Source of the DNA: Bdellovibrionales bacterium
GTDB taxonomy: Bacteria > Bdellovibrionota > Bdellovibrionia > Bdellovibrionales > DASUEL01
DNA length: 64,000 bases
Assembly: GCA_050250255.1 (NCBI GenBank)
Contig: JBFWOZ010000005.1
Coordinates: 1 to 64,000, forward strand
Direction: 5' to 3'
The stretch's first letter is position 1; every line of letters begins with the position of its first letter. The notes under the pieces were generated by a model. That model made no database searches and was not told the origin of the DNA. It worked only from the letters and a program-made list of their open reading frames with translations. Both the position numbers and the translations under genes were made by a program. This document shows positions 21,758 through 35,599 of this stretch, piece by piece.

Positions 21758-22384
21758 CTACGCCTCTCCTGTGCAACGGCTGACAATCTTATCCAGGGAA
21801 GCTTTTGTCACGATAGCCGTGTCGTATTTGAGTAAATCAAATACGTTCACACCAGCTACTGAAAGATATCTATAATCAGCTAAGTTACGAGCCGCTTGTT
21901 TTACAGAGTCATTTTCAGACACATCAACAAGGACTGCCTTCTTAATACCTAATTTTTTAAGTCTTTTTGCTAACTCGCCAGTCTTACCTTCTGATGTGAG
22001 ATCATTCACAACGAAGAATTTGCTCTGAGAGTGCAAATAAGAAAGAGCAACACGCAAACCAGCCTGTCTCACTTTCTTTGGCAAAGTATAAGAATAATCA
22101 CGTGGTGTTGGACCAAATGCAGTTCCTCCACCTGGCATCAAAGGAGATCGGCTAGAACCTTGTCGAGCATTCCCCGTTCCTTTTTGCTTAAATGGCTTCT
22201 TACCACCGCCACGAACGAGACCTTTTGTTTTTGTACTATGAGTACCCTGACGTCGACATGCTAGCTGCCAACGAACAACTGTATGAAGAATGTCCTTACG
22301 GAGAGGTTGCTCGAACACTTCCTTAGGAAGATCCACAGTGCCAACTTCTTTTTTATCCCAATTTATTACTGATAAAGATGCCAT
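21758..22384 (-). CDS. rplD: 50S ribosomal protein L4
   Basis: KPFKQKGTGNARQGS. Confidence 0.98.
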   Translation of the reverse strand: MASLSVINWDKKEVGTVDLPKEVFEQPLRKDILHTVVRWQLACRRQGTHSTKTKGLVRGGGKKPFKQKGTGNARQGSSRSPLMPGGGTAFGPTPRDYSYTLPKKVRQAGLRVALSYLHSQSKFFVVNDLTSEGKTGELAKRLKKLGIKKAVLVDVSENDSVKQAARNLADYRYLSVAGVNVFDLLKYDTAIVTKASLDKIVSRCTGEA

Positions 22385-22386
22385 AA

Positions 22387-23079
22387 TTACTCTTTCACCA
22401 ATCGAACCAAACCGTTGGCTGCGCCAGGAACTGGTCCTTTTACTAAAACTACATTTTCTTCTGGAAGCACATCGACAATAACAACGTTACGTACGGTGAT
22501 ATTTCTATCACCCATGTGACCAGGATATCTTTTTCCAGGCATCACACGACCAGGCCATGTTCTGTTACCGCCAGATCCCGGCTGCCTATGAAACTTTGAA
22601 CCGTGAGCTGCAGGTCCGCCGGCGAATCCGAATCTTTTAACAGATCCTTGGAAACCGCGACCCTTAGAGCGACTAGAGATTTTTACGATGTCACCCTTTT
22701 TTAAGCTTTCGATAGAAACTGTTCCACCAAGTTGAACGCCGTCAACTTTGTCTTGGCGAAGTTCTTTTGTGAATTCAAAAGTGGTGTTGAAACCCGCTGC
22801 CTTGAAATGATTTTTTTCCGCTTCGATTGTGTTCTTCGCAGACTTTGGTTTGCAAGATACTTGAACAGCTGTGTAGCCATCTTTTTCATTACTCTTAACT
22901 TGAGTAATTACCCATTTATCTTGTTTGAGCACAGTCACTGGAATAGCGCTACCCTTGTCATCAAACACGGTCGACATCCCAACTTTAAACGCAAAAATTC
23001 CATCTAACTTAATAGCGGAATTGTCTGTCCCATTGGAGGCAGAAGCTGCAGATGCAGCAGTCTCTTGATTTTCGCTCAT
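22387..23079 (-). CDS. rplC: 50S ribosomal protein L3
   Basis: KGRGFQG and GPAAHGS, with an N-terminal low-complexity extension. Confidence 0.98.
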   Translation of the reverse strand: MSENQETAASAASASNGTDNSAIKLDGIFAFKVGMSTVFDDKGSAIPVTVLKQDKWVITQVKSNEKDGYTAVQVSCKPKSAKNTIEAEKNHFKAAGFNTTFEFTKELRQDKVDGVQLGGTVSIESLKKGDIVKISSRSKGRGFQGSVKRFGFAGGPAAHGSKFHRQPGSGGNRTWPGRVMPGKRYPGHMGDRNITVRNVVIVDVLPEENVVLVKGPVPGAANGLVRLVKE

Positions 23080-23113
23080 GACTTCATCCCTTCTTTACTT
23101 TTCGTTCTGTCGC

Positions 23114-23437
23114 TTACACAACAGAAAGTTTAATTTCAACGTCCACACCAGCGGAGAGGTCGAGTTTCATGAGCTGATCGACGGTCTGCTGTGTTGGCTC
23201 TAGAATGTCCAACAATCTTTTGTGGGTACGTATTTCAAATTGTTCGCGCGATTTTTTATCAACGTGCGGAGAGCGGAGAACCGTATATCTATTTATGCGA
23301 GCAGGCAAGGGAATTGGACCCGCAACTCGCGCGCCCGTTCTTCTTGCTGTATCCACAATCTCTTTTGTCGATTGATCAAGGAGTTTGTGATCGAATGCTT
23401 TTAGTCGAATTCGAATTTTTTGGCTCTGCATAGACAT
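23114..23437 (-). CDS. rpsJ: 30S ribosomal protein S10
   Basis: RIRLKAFDH and [14 protein letters not shown]. Confidence 0.99.
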   Translation of the reverse strand: MSMQSQKIRIRLKAFDHKLLDQSTKEIVDTARRTGARVAGPIPLPARINRYTVLRSPHVDKKSREQFEIRTHKRLLDILEPTQQTVDQLMKLDLSAGVDVEIKLSVV

Positions 23438-23618
23438 ACTACTTACCTTACCTGTTCTTCGCGCGTTTTTTTCGCATTCTTTTTTTTGTAAACAAAAGTT
23501 ATTTTTCTCCTGTATTTTTTCAAAAAAAACAGAAAAATCACTTTCAATTCAGATGCTAAAAACACCTGCTTTTTTCACAAAAATAGCTTGTTTTTTCTTA
23601 TTCAAAAATAGCCTCGGG

Positions 23619-23648
23619 AGTATGCAATTTCTTTGGACTACTTGTCAA
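23619..23648 (-). promoter_or_regulatory. Sigma70 promoter of the S10 cluster
   Basis: TTGACA-N18-CATACT with a TG extension, followed by a ~175-nt AT-rich leader. Confidence 0.65.
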
Positions 23649-23695
23649 TGCAACTACCCAAAATAAATTGACTTTTTTTAAGGCTCTAGAATTGA

Positions 23696-25813
23696 CTAAA
23701 AATTAGGGGGAGGGGACTTGCGTCCAAGCTTCACCATAATCTCGTCCTGAACTTTAGGGAGAACAGGGGCATAATGGGAGGGCTCCATAGAAAAAGTAGC
23801 CCTGCCCTGAGTAATAGATCGAAGCTGCGTGGCATAACCAAACATCTGGGAAAGTGGGACTTCAGCATTTAGAACTTGAGTTTTACCGCGAGAGGTCATG
23901 TTCAAGACCTTACCTCTTCTGCCATTTAAATCGCCTATAACCGTTCCCATAAACTCTTCGGGGGTTAAAACTTCTAGTTTAGAGATTGGCTCAAGGAGCA
24001 CTGAAGCAGCTGATTGAGCGGCTGCTCGAAAAGCCATAGAGCCCGCAATTTTAAAAGCAAGCTCGTTGGAGTCCACTTCATGAGAGCTACCATCCACTAA
24101 AGTGACCCCCACATCAACAGTTTGAAATCCTGATAAAACACCGTTTTCTAAGGCCTCACGAATACCCTGTTCGATCGGTTTTATAAAATCTGCAGAGATT
24201 TTCTCTTCTTTTACCTTATTTACGAACGTGAAACCTTTACCACGTTCAAGTGGGGCAATCTTAAGAACTACATGTCCATACTGCCCGCGACCTGCAATCT
24301 GCCGAATGTATTTACCTTCGCCTTCTGCGGTTGTCGTGATTGTTTCTTTATAGGCAACTTGCGGAGAACCCAAATTGGTTTCCACTTTGAACTCTCTCTT
24401 GAGGCGATCAACAATAATATCAAGATGCAATTCACCCATTCCACAGATGAGTAACTGGCCGGTTTCGGAATCTGTGCGAATTTTAAATGAAGGATCTTCC
24501 TGTTCGATTTTTTTCAAAGTATCAGTAAGCTTTTCTTGGTCAGCAGAAGATTTTGCTTCAACGACCATAGAGATAACAGGCTCTGGAAATATCATTGGCT
24601 CAAGGCGAACTTGCAATTGATTTACGCAAAGAGTGTCCCCTGTGTAAGTGAACTTTAAGCCACCCAGCGCACCGATATCTCCTGCTTTTAACTCTTGTAC
24701 TTCTTCTCGAGAATTGGCATGCATCTTCACAAGCCTTTGCACACGCTCTTTTTTGTCTCTAACAGTGTTAATTAGACCAAGGCCATTCGTAATCGTACCA
24801 GAGTAAACACGTACGTATGTAAGAGAGCCTACGAAGGGATCCGTCGCAATTTTAAAAGCAAGTGCTACAACTGGCGCATCAAAATCTGTTTTGATTTCTA
24901 CATCGCGTTCGGATTTAATTTCTTGACCCACAATACTGGGCACTTCGAGTGGACTCGGCAAATAGTCAACTACCGCATCTAGGAGAGGTTGCACACCGCG
25001 ATTTCTAAAAGAAGCTCCGCAAAACACAGGGAAAATGTCGAGATTGATTGTTGCTTTTCGCAACACTTTCTTAATTTCATTCTCTGAGATTTCTTTACCA
25101 TCAAGATATTTTTCCATCATGGCATCGTCATATTCAGAAATTGCTTCTATCATTTTAGTACGAGCTTCTTCTGCCTTACTTCGCCACTCTTCTGATATTT
25201 CCGAAGAAGTGAACTTCGCTCCTAGCTCCTCACCCGTCCAGAAGAGAGCTTTCATGCGAACGAGATCAATCACGCCTTTAAAAGAATCTTCAGCACCGAT
25301 GGGTATTTGAAGAGGGACAGGCTTCGCACCCAACTTCTCAACTATTGACTCAACACTTGCTTGAAAGTCAGCACCAATACGATCCATTTTGTTGATAAAG
25401 CAAATTCGAGGAACAGCATACTTATCCGCTTGTCTCCAAACAGTTTCTGTCTGCGGTTCAACTCCATTAACAGCATCAAAAAGTGCTATGGCACCATCTA
25501 GGATGCGCAGAGATCGTTCAACTTCAATAGTGAAATCGACATGCCCAGGAGTATCTATGATATTGATACGGTGATTATTCCAAACGCAGGTCGTAGCTGC
25601 AGAAGTGATCGTGATTCCGCGCTCTTGCTCTTGCTCCATCCAATCCATTGTAGCAGCGCCATCATGGACTTCGCCCATTTTATGACTTTTGCCAGTATAG
25701 AAAAGAATGCGTTCTGTTGTGGTGGTTTTTCCGGCATCAATGTGAGCCATGATGCCGATATTACGTGTAAGGGCGAGATCAGAAATCGAAGCGGGATTCC
25801 CTGTACTGGCCAA
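23696..25813 (-). CDS. fusA: Elongation factor G (divergent str-operon copy)
   Basis: [19 protein letters not shown] and NKMD are intact; domain IV loops are altered. TTG start. Confidence 0.95.
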   Translation of the reverse strand: MASTGNPASISDLALTRNIGIMAHIDAGKTTTTERILFYTGKSHKMGEVHDGAATMDWMEQEQERGITITSAATTCVWNNHRINIIDTPGHVDFTIEVERSLRILDGAIALFDAVNGVEPQTETVWRQADKYAVPRICFINKMDRIGADFQASVESIVEKLGAKPVPLQIPIGAEDSFKGVIDLVRMKALFWTGEELGAKFTSSEISEEWRSKAEEARTKMIEAISEYDDAMMEKYLDGKEISENEIKKVLRKATINLDIFPVFCGASFRNRGVQPLLDAVVDYLPSPLEVPSIVGQEIKSERDVEIKTDFDAPVVALAFKIATDPFVGSLTYVRVYSGTITNGLGLINTVRDKKERVQRLVKMHANSREEVQELKAGDIGALGGLKFTYTGDTLCVNQLQVRLEPMIFPEPVISMVVEAKSSADQEKLTDTLKKIEQEDPSFKIRTDSETGQLLICGMGELHLDIIVDRLKREFKVETNLGSPQVAYKETITTTAEGEGKYIRQIAGRGQYGHVVLKIAPLERGKGFTFVNKVKEEKISADFIKPIEQGIREALENGVLSGFQTVDVGVTLVDGSSHEVDSNELAFKIAGSMAFRAAAQSAASVLLEPISKLEVLTPEEFMGTVIGDLNGRRGKVLNMTSRGKTQVLNAEVPLSQMFGYATQLRSITQGRATFSMEPSHYAPVLPKVQDEIMVKLGRKSPPPNF

Positions 25814-25819
25814 AATAGA

Positions 25820-26293
25820 TTACCATCTGTAGTGAGAGAATGCTTTGTTGGCTTCAGCCATTCTGTGAACATCTTCGCGCTTCTTAATCGCATTTCCGCG
25901 ATTGTTGTAAGCATCCATGATTTCACCAGCTAAGCGTAAAGACATTTCTTTTTCGCCGCGCTCTCGAGAATAATCAACCAACCATCTCATAGCGAGGGTT
26001 GTTTTACGAACAGGACGAACATCCATTGGAACTTGATAAGTTGCTCCACCCACACGGCGAGAACGAACCTCAAGAGCAGGCTTTACATTTTCTAGAGCTT
26101 TTTTGAAAATAGAGAGAGGTTCTTCACCAGGAATTTTGTCTTTTAAGCTGTCGAGAGCACCGTAAATGATACCTTGAGCAAGGGCTTTTTTTCCTTGGAT
26201 CATCATCATATTGATAAACTTTGCGATCGTTACATCTTTGTAAACTGGATCTGGGATAATCTCTCTTTTTGTACTACTTTTTCTTCTCGACAT
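25820..26293 (-). CDS. rpsG: 30S ribosomal protein S7
   Basis: [12 protein letters not shown] and MAEANKAF. Confidence 0.99.
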   Translation of the reverse strand: MSRRKSSTKREIIPDPVYKDVTIAKFINMMMIQGKKALAQGIIYGALDSLKDKIPGEEPLSIFKKALENVKPALEVRSRRVGGATYQVPMDVRPVRKTTLAMRWLVDYSRERGEKEMSLRLAGEIMDAYNNRGNAIKKREDVHRMAEANKAFSHYRW

Positions 26294-26312
26294 TTTCTTA
26301 ATTCCTCAAAAA

Positions 26313-26687
26313 TCAGGATTTTGGACGTTTAGCACCATACTTAGAGCGGCTGTTCAATCGACCAGCTACACCTTGGGTATCTAAAACACCGCGAATGATA
26401 TGATAACGAACTCCAGGAAGATCCTTTACACGACCACCACGAATCAAAACCACACTGTGCTCTTGCAAGTTATGGCCAATACCAGGGATATAAGAAGTCA
26501 CCTCAAAACCGTTTGATAAACGAACACGTGCTACTTTTCGAAGAGCAGAGTTCGGTTTTTTAGGTGTTGTTGTGTACACACGAGTACAAACACCACGACG
26601 TTGAGGGCACGCTGTTAAAGCGGGCGACTTTGTTTTTGATTTTTGAACCTTACGCTGACTACGAATCAGCTGGTTAATGGTCGGCAT
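26313..26687 (-). CDS. rpsL: 30S ribosomal protein S12
   Basis: [18 protein letters not shown] and GGRVKDLPG. Confidence 0.99.
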   Translation of the reverse strand: MPTINQLIRSQRKVQKSKTKSPALTACPQRRGVCTRVYTTTPKKPNSALRKVARVRLSNGFEVTSYIPGIGHNLQEHSVVLIRGGRVKDLPGVRYHIIRGVLDTQGVAGRLNSRSKYGAKRPKS

Positions 26688-26745
26688 CATTCCTCCAGAA
26701 AGATCATGAAAACTATCTTAAACTACAATCTACGGTCAAGATCTA

Positions 26746-26780
26746 ATGTTGGTCTGCTAAAAAACTGCAGACCAACCATC
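26746..26780 (-). terminator. Hairpin after rpoC, adjacent to a TTGACC -35 box of a probable rpsL promoter
   Basis: TTGGTCTGC...GCAGACCAA stem immediately after the rpoC stop. There is no clear U tract. Confidence 0.5.
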
Positions 26781-26782
26781 GC

Positions 26783-29700
26783 TTACGTGTGCTGGGTTGA
26801 GACCGTTTCAGTACCCACTCCTAGTGGAAGGGCTGCTGGTCGGTCCTTTTCAGCATCACCAACAATTACCTTCCATCTCTTGTAAGACGGGAGTCCTGTG
26901 CCGGCTGGGATTAAGCGGCCCATGATGATGTTCTCTTTAAGACCACGCAAGCTGTCTGTTCGAGAACTAATCGTCGCTTCCGTAAGAACCTTAGTGGTCT
27001 CTTGGAAAGAGGCTGCAGAAATCCAACTATCCGTACTGAGAGAAGCTTTCGTAATACCTAACAACAACGGCTCCGCTGTCGCAGGCTGGCCACCTTCATC
27101 TCGTACTTTGTTATTTTCAATTTCAAATTCGTACTTCTCAACTTGTTCGCCAGCTAAGAACCTTGTATCTCCAGAATCCAAAGTTTTCACTCGACGAAGC
27201 ATTTGGCGCACAATCACTTCGATGTGTTTATCGTTAATGCTCACACCTTGTAAGCGATAAACTTCTTGAATCTCATTCACGAGATAAGAAGAAAGTGCCT
27301 TATCACCCAATACTCGTAAAATATCATGTGGGTTCGTAGAACCGTCCATGAGACGTTCACCAGCTTTAATGTATTCACCTTCGCGAACCGCGATGTGTTT
27401 ACCTTTAGGGATCAAATATTCTTTTTGCTTACCAACTTCTGGAGTCACGATCACACGCTGTTTACCTTTTACGTCTTTACCGTAAACAACATAACCATCG
27501 ATCTCAGAAATAATGGCGGCTTCTTTTGGCTTACGAGCTTCAAAAAGTTCTGCTACGCGAGGGAGACCGCCCGTGATGTCACGAGTTTTTGTTGTCTCTC
27601 GATGGATCTTCGCGATCACATCACCCGCATGCACTTCTTGACCTTCTGAAATCAAAAGCTGAGCGCCCACAGGAATCACATAACGAGCTTGAGCATCACG
27701 ACCTGGGAATTTCATTGGCTGACCGTTTTTATCGTTTAATAAAACTGTCGGCTTTAATTCCGCTTCTTTAGGTTCCGTGATCACCTTTGTGGAGAAACCA
27801 GTTACGGCATCCACTTGTTCTACCATCGTCACGCCTTCTTCGATGTCTTGGAAGCTGATATTGGCAGAGACTTCGGAAACGATAGGGTTAGAGTAAGGAT
27901 CCCATTCTGCGAGAACAGTTCCCTTCTTCACGGTATCACCATCACGTACATTAATGACAGATCCGTAAACAAGCTTGAAACGTTCTCTCTCACGACCAGT
28001 GTCATCAGAAATGATCAACTCACCATTTCGGTTCATGACAGTCAATTTACCTTGGCGATTTTCTACAAACGCAACGCCACTGAATTTTACAGTTCCGTCA
28101 TGACGAGATTCGTGAACGGATTGTTCAACAGCGCGAGTCGCCGTACCACCTAAGTGGAACGTTCTCATTGTAAGCTGTGTTCCTGGTTCCCCAATGGACT
28201 GAGCGGCAATAATTCCCACAGTCTCACCAAGATTCACCATGCTACCGCGAGCAAGATCACGACCGTAACATTTTACACAGAGACCACGTTTCATCTTACA
28301 AGTGAGTGCTGAGCGAATCTCAACAGATTCAATCCCAACATCTTCAATTTTCAGAACATGCTCTTCTGTGATTTCTTCATTTGAGTGAACAAGAACCTGT
28401 TGAGTATATGGATCAACGATATCCTTCAACACGACGCGACCCAAAATACGGTCACCAAGTGGTTGAATGATCTCTCCACCTTCCATCAAGGCAGTAACAG
28501 TCATACCGTCTGTTGTTTCACAGTCTTTATTTAAAATAACTGCATCTTGTGCAACGTCTACTAGACGACGAGTCAAGTAACCTGAGTTTGCTGTTTTAAG
28601 AGCTGTATCCGCCAAACCTTTTCGCGCTCCGTGAGTCGAAATGAAATACTGAAGAACGGTTAACCCTTCTCGGAAATTCGCCGTGATCGGTGCTTCAATA
28701 ATTTCACCGGATGGTTTAGCCATAAGACCACGCATACCAGCGAGCTGACGAATCTGAGCAGCAGAACCCCGTGCTCCTGAATCAGCCATTACGAAAATAG
28801 AGTTAAAGCTTGGACCAACAACTTTTTTGCCATCCGCTTCGTACTCTTGAGTTTCAATCTGACCCATCATCTCTTTAGCGACGCGATCACCGGTTTGGGC
28901 CCAAAGATCCACAACCTTATTGTATCGCTCACCATCCGTGATCAAACCTTCGTCGTACTGTTGTTTAATTTCACGTACTTGAGCTTCTGTTTGATGAATA
29001 AGAGTTTGTTTTGACGCCGGCACAATCATGTCGTCAAGACAGATCGAAATACCAGCACCTGTTGAATATTTAAATCCAAGTTGCATGAGTCGATCCGCCA
29101 ATACAACTGTCGCCTTACCACCCGCTTTACGGAAGGTTTGATCGATCAGGACCGCGATTTGCTTTTTCGTCATGACTTGGTTCACAGTTTCAAAAGGCAC
29201 TTCTGGAGGAACGATATCGCTGAGAATAGCTCGACCAACTGTTGTTGATTGAATTTTTCCGTTGATACGTACTTTCACCGAAGCCTGAAGTTCTACGTGA
29301 CCATTTTCATAGGCATAGATTGCTTCCTGAACGGTTGAGAAAATCTTCCCAGCCCCTTTTGCACCTGGACGACCACGTGTTAACCAATAAATTCCAAGAA
29401 CAATATCTTGGCTCGGATTAATGATCGGCTTACCGTTCGCAGGACTCAGAATGTTGTTTGTCGACATCATGAGAACGCGCGCTTCCACCTGTGCTTCTAC
29501 AGAAAGTGGAACGTGTACGGCCATCTGATCCCCGTCAAAGTCGGCGTTGAACGCTGTACACACGAGGGGGTGAAGTTGAATCGCTTTTCCTTCGAGAAGG
29601 ATTGGCTCAAAAGCTTGAATACCTAGTCTGTGAAGCGTTGGAGCTCGGTTCAAGAGAACAGGGTGTTCTTTCACAACTTCAGAGAGAATATCCCAAACTT

Positions 29701-30919
29701 CAATAGATTCTTGTTCTACGAGTTTTTTGGCTTGCTTAATAGTTCCAGCAAAACCTTTCTCTTCAAGCTTGCTATAAACAAACGGCTTGAAAAGTTCCAA
29801 AGCCATTTTCTTTGGAAGACCACACTGATGGAGCTTCAAAGTAGGGCCTACTACGATCACAGAACGGCCAGAGTAATCCACACGTTTACCAAGAAGGTTT
29901 TGACGGAAACGGCCCTGCTTACCTTTGAGCATATCACTCAAAGATCGTAGCGGACGCTTGTTCGGTCCAGTGAATGTCTTTCCACGGCGACCGTTATCAA
30001 AAAGGGCATCAACCGCTTCTTGAAGCATTCTTTTTTCGTTACGGATGATGATTTCAGGAGCGTTAAGCTCCTGAAGTCTCTTGAGACGATTATTTCTGTT
30101 GATCACACGGCGATAGAGGTCGTTAAGATCCGACGTCGCGAATCGGCCACCATCAAGTGGTACGAGAGGACGCAAATCCGGTGGGATCACTGGAATTACT
30201 TCAAGCATCATCCAATCAGGCTTATTTGTAGATTGACGGAAAGCTTCCACAACTTTTAAGCGCTTAGTGAGCTTTTTAATCTGAGCTTCAGAAGTTGTCT
30301 CTTTTACTTCTTTACGAAGTTTCTTCGACAAATACTCAGTATCAATTTTGCGAAGCATTTCACGAATCGCTTCACCACCCATACCCGCTTTAAAATTAGG
30401 TCCATTCTCGTTCAAAGCAATTTGATATGCTTCTTCATTAAGAATTGAGCCTTCTTCCAACGCTGTATCCATTGGATCAAGAACGATGTGCGCTTCACAG
30501 TAAAGTACGCGCTCAACATCTTTCAAAGAAAGGTCAAGAAGGTTACCAATTCGGCTGGGAAGGGAACGTAGGAACCAAATGTGAGCGACAGGTGTTGCAA
30601 GTTCAATATGACCAAGACGTTCACGACGTACTTTGGATTGAATAACCTCTACACCACACTTCTCACAGATAACTCCGCGATGTTTCATGCGCTTATACTT
30701 ACCGCACAAACATTCGTAATCTTTTACTGGACCAAAAATCTTGGCGCAGAAAAGACCATCACGTTCTGGTTTAAAAGTTCGATAATTAATCGTTTCAGGT
30801 TTTTTTACTTCACCGAAGCTCCAAGAACGAATCATCTCTGGAGATGCTAGAGAAATACGCACACCGTTAAATGCTAATGGATCTTTCGGTTTATCGAAAA
30901 AATTCAATAAATCTTTCAA
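26783..30919 (-). CDS. rpoC: RNA polymerase beta' subunit
   Basis: [12 protein letters not shown] active site and N-terminal zinc finger. Confidence 0.99.
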   Translation of the reverse strand: MKDLLNFFDKPKDPLAFNGVRISLASPEMIRSWSFGEVKKPETINYRTFKPERDGLFCAKIFGPVKDYECLCGKYKRMKHRGVICEKCGVEVIQSKVRRERLGHIELATPVAHIWFLRSLPSRIGNLLDLSLKDVERVLYCEAHIVLDPMDTALEEGSILNEEAYQIALNENGPNFKAGMGGEAIREMLRKIDTEYLSKKLRKEVKETTSEAQIKKLTKRLKVVEAFRQSTNKPDWMMLEVIPVIPPDLRPLVPLDGGRFATSDLNDLYRRVINRNNRLKRLQELNAPEIIIRNEKRMLQEAVDALFDNGRRGKTFTGPNKRPLRSLSDMLKGKQGRFRQNLLGKRVDYSGRSVIVVGPTLKLHQCGLPKKMALELFKPFVYSKLEEKGFAGTIKQAKKLVEQESIEVWDILSEVVKEHPVLLNRAPTLHRLGIQAFEPILLEGKAIQLHPLVCTAFNADFDGDQMAVHVPLSVEAQVEARVLMMSTNNILSPANGKPIINPSQDIVLGIYWLTRGRPGAKGAGKIFSTVQEAIYAYENGHVELQASVKVRINGKIQSTTVGRAILSDIVPPEVPFETVNQVMTKKQIAVLIDQTFRKAGGKATVVLADRLMQLGFKYSTGAGISICLDDMIVPASKQTLIHQTEAQVREIKQQYDEGLITDGERYNKVVDLWAQTGDRVAKEMMGQIETQEYEADGKKVVGPSFNSIFVMADSGARGSAAQIRQLAGMRGLMAKPSGEIIEAPITANFREGLTVLQYFISTHGARKGLADTALKTANSGYLTRRLVDVAQDAVILNKDCETTDGMTVTALMEGGEIIQPLGDRILGRVVLKDIVDPYTQQVLVHSNEEITEEHVLKIEDVGIESVEIRSALTCKMKRGLCVKCYGRDLARGSMVNLGETVGIIAAQSIGEPGTQLTMRTFHLGGTATRAVEQSVHESRHDGTVKFSGVAFVENRQGKLTVMNRNGELIISDDTGRERERFKLVYGSVINVRDGDTVKKGTVLAEWDPYSNPIVSEVSANISFQDIEEGVTMVEQVDAVTGFSTKVITEPKEAELKPTVLLNDKNGQPMKFPGRDAQARYVIPVGAQLLISEGQEVHAGDVIAKIHRETTKTRDITGGLPRVAELFEARKPKEAAIISEIDGYVVYGKDVKGKQRVIVTPEVGKQKEYLIPKGKHIAVREGEYIKAGERLMDGSTNPHDILRVLGDKALSSYLVNEIQEVYRLQGVSINDKHIEVIVRQMLRRVKTLDSGDTRFLAGEQVEKYEFEIENNKVRDEGGQPATAEPLLLGITKASLSTDSWISAASFQETTKVLTEATISSRTDSLRGLKENIIMGRLIPAGTGLPSYKRWKVIVGDAEKDRPAALPLGVGTETVSTQHT

Positions 30920-30942
30920 AGGACAGTCCTCTCTCTAAATAG

Positions 30943-33900
30943 TTACTGTTGAACTTCCGGTTTATCAGTCAAAATGTCTGATTCGATCAGCTCTACATTC
31001 AAGCCCAAGCTCTGAAGCTCTTTCACCAATACGTTGAAAGATTCAGGTAATCCTGGCTCAAGGATGTTTTCGCCTTTCACAATGCTCTCATACATTCTTG
31101 TTCTTCCAGCTACGTCATCCGACTTCACCGTGAGGAACTCTTGCAATGAATAAGCAGCACCGTAAGCTTCTATCGCCCAAACTTCCATCTCTCCGAGTCT
31201 CTGACCGCCGAACTGAGCTTTACCACCCAGAGGCTGCTGAGACACAAGTGAGTATGGTCCAATTGAACGAGCATGGATTTTTTCTTCCACAAGGTGATGC
31301 AGTTTTAACATGTACATCACACCAACAGTGACTTGGTTTTCGAATGGCTCACCTGTACGACCGTCAAACAAAATGGTTTGACCGCGAAGAGGAAGGCCCG
31401 CGCGCTCAAGAAGAGACTTAATTTCAGGCTCTTTCGCTCCGTCAAAAACCGGTGTCGCAAGATGGATACCGTCTTTAATGGTCGGAAGCATTTTCTTGAG
31501 TGAACGTTCATCCGAAGCATCAATTGATGCATTGATTTTTGGATCATTATAAATTTCTTTGAGTGTCTTCTTTGTATCCGCAAGATTGAAATTCGCAATA
31601 TGCTCTTCAATCTGCTTACCCAAATGATGAGCAGCCCATCCAAGATGCGTTTCCAAAATCTGCCCAATGTTCATACGCGAAGGTACGCCAAGTGGGTTGA
31701 GAACCATGTCGACAGGCGTTCCGTCAGCCATGTACGGCATATCTTCAACAGCCATAATTTTAGAGATCACACCCTTATTTCCGTGACGACCGGCCATCTT
31801 GTCACCCACTTGAAGCTTTCGCTTAATGGCAACATAGACTTTCACCATCTTAATCACGCCAGGAGGCAACTCATCTCCTTTTCGAAGGCGATCAAGTTTT
31901 TCATTGAAGATCAACTTTACAGCGTCCAACTGATTACGTGCACCATCAATAATTTTCGTAACTTGAAACTCAAGATCGCTTTCCACAGGAATATAGCTCA
32001 AGAGTTCAAATGGAATACTTTCGATGTTACCTTCAGTAACAGCCTCGCCTTTTTCTAAGAGCTTTTTAGAACCATCCTCATTGAGAAGAACACCGTTTGT
32101 TTTCTTACCAACAAGGATGTTTTTTACGCGATCAAGAGCGTTGTTCTTAATCACGTTCTGCTCAACAGCGAGATCTTTTTCAAGTTTGTTTTTCTTTTGC
32201 TCAATGATGCTTTGAAGACGTTCGTCTTTTTCAGCACCTTCACGGCTATAAACCTGAGCATCGATTACGGTACCAGAGACACCTGAAGGAACGCGAAGAG
32301 ATGTATCACGTACATCGCCCGCTTTTTCCCCGAAGATAGCTCTTAAGAGTTTTTCTTCTGGAGAAAGCTGGACTTCACCTTTAGGAGTGACTTTACCGAC
32401 AAGAATATCACCTGGTTTTACTTCCGCACCAATTCTGATAATACCACTGGAATCGAGATCTTTAAGAGCCTCTTCCCCAACGTTTGCGATATCACGCGTG
32501 ATCTCTTCTTTTCCTAATTTCGTATCACGAGCTACGCATTCGAATTCTTCGATATGTACAGATGTGAAAACATCCTCAGCAATCAATCTCTCTGAAATAA
32601 GAATGGAATCCTCAAAGTTGTAACCCATCCAAGGAGTAAACGCGATCAACACGTTCTGTCCAAGAGCGAGTTCGCCCATTTCAGTAGCCGGACCATCTGC
32701 AATAATATCGCCCTTCTTCACTTGGTCACCCACGTGAACGATTGGCTTTTGGTTGAAACATGTATTTTGGTTTGTACGTTGATACTTCACAAGATTGTAA
32801 ATATCGACGTTCGCGCCCATGCCACCAGCTTTCGCCATACGACGAACTACGATACGTGCCGCATCTACTTCCTCAACGATACCATCGTTCAGAGCGACGA
32901 TACTTGTACCGGAATCTTTTGCCACCAAACGCTCAACACCAGTCCCAATAAGTGGAGCCTTAGCGCGAATAAGAGGCACAGCCTGACGTTGCATGTTCGA
33001 TCCCATGAGAGCACGGTTGGCGTCATCGTGTTCAAGGAACGGAATCAAAGAAGCCGCAATTGATACGAGCTGGCTTGGAGATACATCCATTAAGCTGACT
33101 TTATCTCGCTCAATAACCATGTACTCGCCATCTTTACGAACGTTTAAGTTCGCTTCTGAATCTTGAAATACTTCTTCTTGTTCCGTAGGAGCAATGAAGT
33201 GTCCACCCTCTTCAAGAGCTGACAAATACTTAATATCAGAAGAAACTTTTCCACCTTGCACTTCACGATAAGGAGTTTCAATAAATCCGTAATCATTAAT
33301 GCGTGCGTAGGTCGCAAGGGAGGCGATCAAACCAATGTTTGGACCTTCCGGCGTTTCAATCGGACAAATACGGCCGTAATGCGTAGGATGTACGTCACGA
33401 ACTTCAAAGCCCGCGCGATCTCTTGTCAAACCACCAGGCCCAAGAGCCGACAGCCTGCGCTTATGTGTAATTTCTGAAAGTGGATTTGTTTGATCCATGA
33501 ACTGTGATAACTGGCTGGATCCGAAAAATTCTTTCACCACAGCGTTCACAGGCTTTGCGTTCACAAGATCGTGAGGCATCATTGTCTCGATATCTTGCAA
33601 GCTCATTCTCTCACGAATTGCGCGTTCCATTCGAACCAAGCCCAAACGGTATTGATTTTCAAGAAGCTCACCTACTGAACGAACACGACGGTTTCCTAAG
33701 TGATCGATATCGTCCACTTGGCCACGGCCGTTTTTCAAATCAATAAGAGTCTTTACTGTAAGGAGAATGTCTTTTTGGCTGAGTGTTGTGTACGTGACAG
33801 GAAACTCATCCAAAGTGAAATTGAACGAATGATTGATCTTTAAACGACCCACTTCGCTCAAATCATATGTTTCTGGATCAAAAAAGAGTCTATGGAAGAA

Positions 33901-35079
33901 GTTCTGAGATGCTTCTTCCGTTGGCGGTTCGCCAGGACGTAAACGCTTGTAGATCTCGATGAGGCCTTCTTCTTTCGAATGAATTTTATCTACTAGGAGT
34001 GTGTTCCGGAGGAACGGGCCTACTACAAGACCATCAAAGAAAATCACATGGATTTGCTTTACTCCTGCATTTTTTGCTCTTTCCAAGCCATCACGAGTTA
34101 ATTCTGTATTCACGTCAGCAATAATCTCACCGGTATTTTCGTCGATAATTGGCTTAGCAACGACTTTACCTTCAAGATCTTCAATGCTGATTTCAATATC
34201 TTTAAGATTTAATTTTTGAATCTTTTTAACAGCAGCACGTGTAATACGTCGGCCTTTTTTCACAAGAGATTCGTCTGTTTTTGGATCAACGATATCCACA
34301 AGCGCCCGTTGGCCTGCCATTTTTTCAATGTTAAGTGTACGCCGGAACTTTCCATCTTTTGTGAAAGTCACAACGTCAAGGTCATAGAAATATTCAAGGA
34401 TCTGCTCTGTGCTGTAGCCCAAGGCTTTTAAAAGAACCGTTACAGGCATTTTTCTGCGACGATCAATACGAGCATAGATCAAATCTTTTTGGTCAAATTC
34501 AAAATCGAGCCAAGAACCGCGATACGGAATCACGCGTGCGGAATAAATCAATTTTCCACTCACATGATTTTTACCACCATCGTGGTCAAAGAAAACCCCA
34601 GGAGAACGGTGCAACTGACTCACAACAACGCGCTCAGTACCATTGATAATGAAAGAACCATTAGCCGTCATCAATGGGATTTCGCCCAAGTAGACCTCTT
34701 GTTCTTTTACGTCACGGATACTACGAGAATCATCAGCTTCATTTACTTCAAATACAATCAAACGCAAAGTGACTCGAATAGGGGCCGCATACGTCATTCC
34801 ACGTTGGCGACACTCATCCACATCATATTTTGCTGGCTCAAGAGTGTACCCTACAAATTCTAAACTCGACGTATCGTTAAAGTCTGAGATAGGAAATACA
34901 GACTTAAAAACACCGTTCAAACCAGTGATGGATCTTTTATCTGGATCAACATCTTTTTGTAGGAACTCTTCGTAGGATCTTTTTTGAAGCTCAATCAGGT
35001 TCGGGATTTCAATTACCTGTTCATTCTTCGCAAAACTTCTTCTTAATCGTAAATTAGAAGCCGTTAAGGTCGTAAGCAT
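30943..35079 (-). CDS. rpoB: RNA polymerase beta subunit
   Basis: [27 protein letters not shown] and [15 protein letters not shown] 35079 follows GAGGAG. Confidence 0.99.
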   Translation of the reverse strand: MLTTLTASNLRLRRSFAKNEQVIEIPNLIELQKRSYEEFLQKDVDPDKRSITGLNGVFKSVFPISDFNDTSSLEFVGYTLEPAKYDVDECRQRGMTYAAPIRVTLRLIVFEVNEADDSRSIRDVKEQEVYLGEIPLMTANGSFIINGTERVVVSQLHRSPGVFFDHDGGKNHVSGKLIYSARVIPYRGSWLDFEFDQKDLIYARIDRRRKMPVTVLLKALGYSTEQILEYFYDLDVVTFTKDGKFRRTLNIEKMAGQRALVDIVDPKTDESLVKKGRRITRAAVKKIQKLNLKDIEISIEDLEGKVVAKPIIDENTGEIIADVNTELTRDGLERAKNAGVKQIHVIFFDGLVVGPFLRNTLLVDKIHSKEEGLIEIYKRLRPGEPPTEEASQNFFHRLFFDPETYDLSEVGRLKINHSFNFTLDEFPVTYTTLSQKDILLTVKTLIDLKNGRGQVDDIDHLGNRRVRSVGELLENQYRLGLVRMERAIRERMSLQDIETMMPHDLVNAKPVNAVVKEFFGSSQLSQFMDQTNPLSEITHKRRLSALGPGGLTRDRAGFEVRDVHPTHYGRICPIETPEGPNIGLIASLATYARINDYGFIETPYREVQGGKVSSDIKYLSALEEGGHFIAPTEQEEVFQDSEANLNVRKDGEYMVIERDKVSLMDVSPSQLVSIAASLIPFLEHDDANRALMGSNMQRQAVPLIRAKAPLIGTGVERLVAKDSGTSIVALNDGIVEEVDAARIVVRRMAKAGGMGANVDIYNLVKYQRTNQNTCFNQKPIVHVGDQVKKGDIIADGPATEMGELALGQNVLIAFTPWMGYNFEDSILISERLIAEDVFTSVHIEEFECVARDTKLGKEEITRDIANVGEEALKDLDSSGIIRIGAEVKPGDILVGKVTPKGEVQLSPEEKLLRAIFGEKAGDVRDTSLRVPSGVSGTVIDAQVYSREGAEKDERLQSIIEQKKNKLEKDLAVEQNVIKNNALDRVKNILVGKKTNGVLLNEDGSKKLLEKGEAVTEGNIESIPFELLSYIPVESDLEFQVTKIIDGARNQLDAVKLIFNEKLDRLRKGDELPPGVIKMVKVYVAIKRKLQVGDKMAGRHGNKGVISKIMAVEDMPYMADGTPVDMVLNPLGVPSRMNIGQILETHLGWAAHHLGKQIEEHIANFNLADTKKTLKEIYNDPKINASIDASDERSLKKMLPTIKDGIHLATPVFDGAKEPEIKSLLERAGLPLRGQTILFDGRTGEPFENQVTVGVMYMLKLHHLVEEKIHARSIGPYSLVSQQPLGGKAQFGGQRLGEMEVWAIEAYGAAYSLQEFLTVKSDDVAGRTRMYESIVKGENILEPGLPESFNVLVKELQSLGLNVELIESDILTDKPEVQQ

Positions 35080-35151
35080 TCGCACTCCTCAATCAAAATA
35101 ACCATTCAAACGAGTACTGATATTTTCGAGATGAGTACTCTACATCTCAAA

Positions 35152-35174
35152 CCAAGGGCTCAAAGAACCCTTGG
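35152..35174 (-). terminator. rplL-rpoB intergenic hairpin (attenuator-like)
   Basis: CCAAGGG...CCCTTGG stem followed on the minus strand by TTTG. Confidence 0.5.
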
Positions 35175-35188
35175 CCGCATAACAACTA

Positions 35189-35563
35189 TTACTTCAATTC
35201 AACTTTAGCGCCAGCAGCCTCTAAAGTTTTCTTCATTTTCTCAGCTTCGTCTTTAGCTACGCTTTCTTTTACAGTCTTAGGCGCGCCTTCAACGAGATCT
35301 TTTGCTTCTTTCAAGCCAAGACCAGTCAATGTACGAACTTCTTTAATGACGTTGATTTTGTTAGATCCACTATCAGTTAATACAACTGTAAATTCAGTTT
35401 TAGCTTCAGCCGGAGCAGCACCAGCAGCTGGGCCAGCCATAACAGCGGCAGGAGCAGCAGCACTTACACCCCATTTGTCTTCCAAAGTTTTAATCAACTC
35501 AGAAAGTTCAATAACGGGCATTTGAGATAGAAAATCGACAACTTGTTCTTTGTTTAATGACAT
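35189..35563 (-). CDS. rplL: 50S ribosomal protein L7/L12
   Basis: KINVIKEVR and [10 protein letters not shown]. Confidence 0.99.
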   Translation of the reverse strand: MSLNKEQVVDFLSQMPVIELSELIKTLEDKWGVSAAAPAAVMAGPAAGAAPAEAKTEFTVVLTDSGSNKINVIKEVRTLTGLGLKEAKDLVEGAPKTVKESVAKDEAEKMKKTLEAAGAKVELK

Positions 35564-35599
35564 AAAATATCCTCCAAAAATAAATTAAAAATAAAAAAA

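Noticed and set aside
33440..33540. Rifampicin (rpoB) or streptomycin (rpsL) resistance substitutions
   Set aside because: Cluster I ([21 protein letters not shown]) and rpsL PKKPNS/RVKDLPG look wild type.
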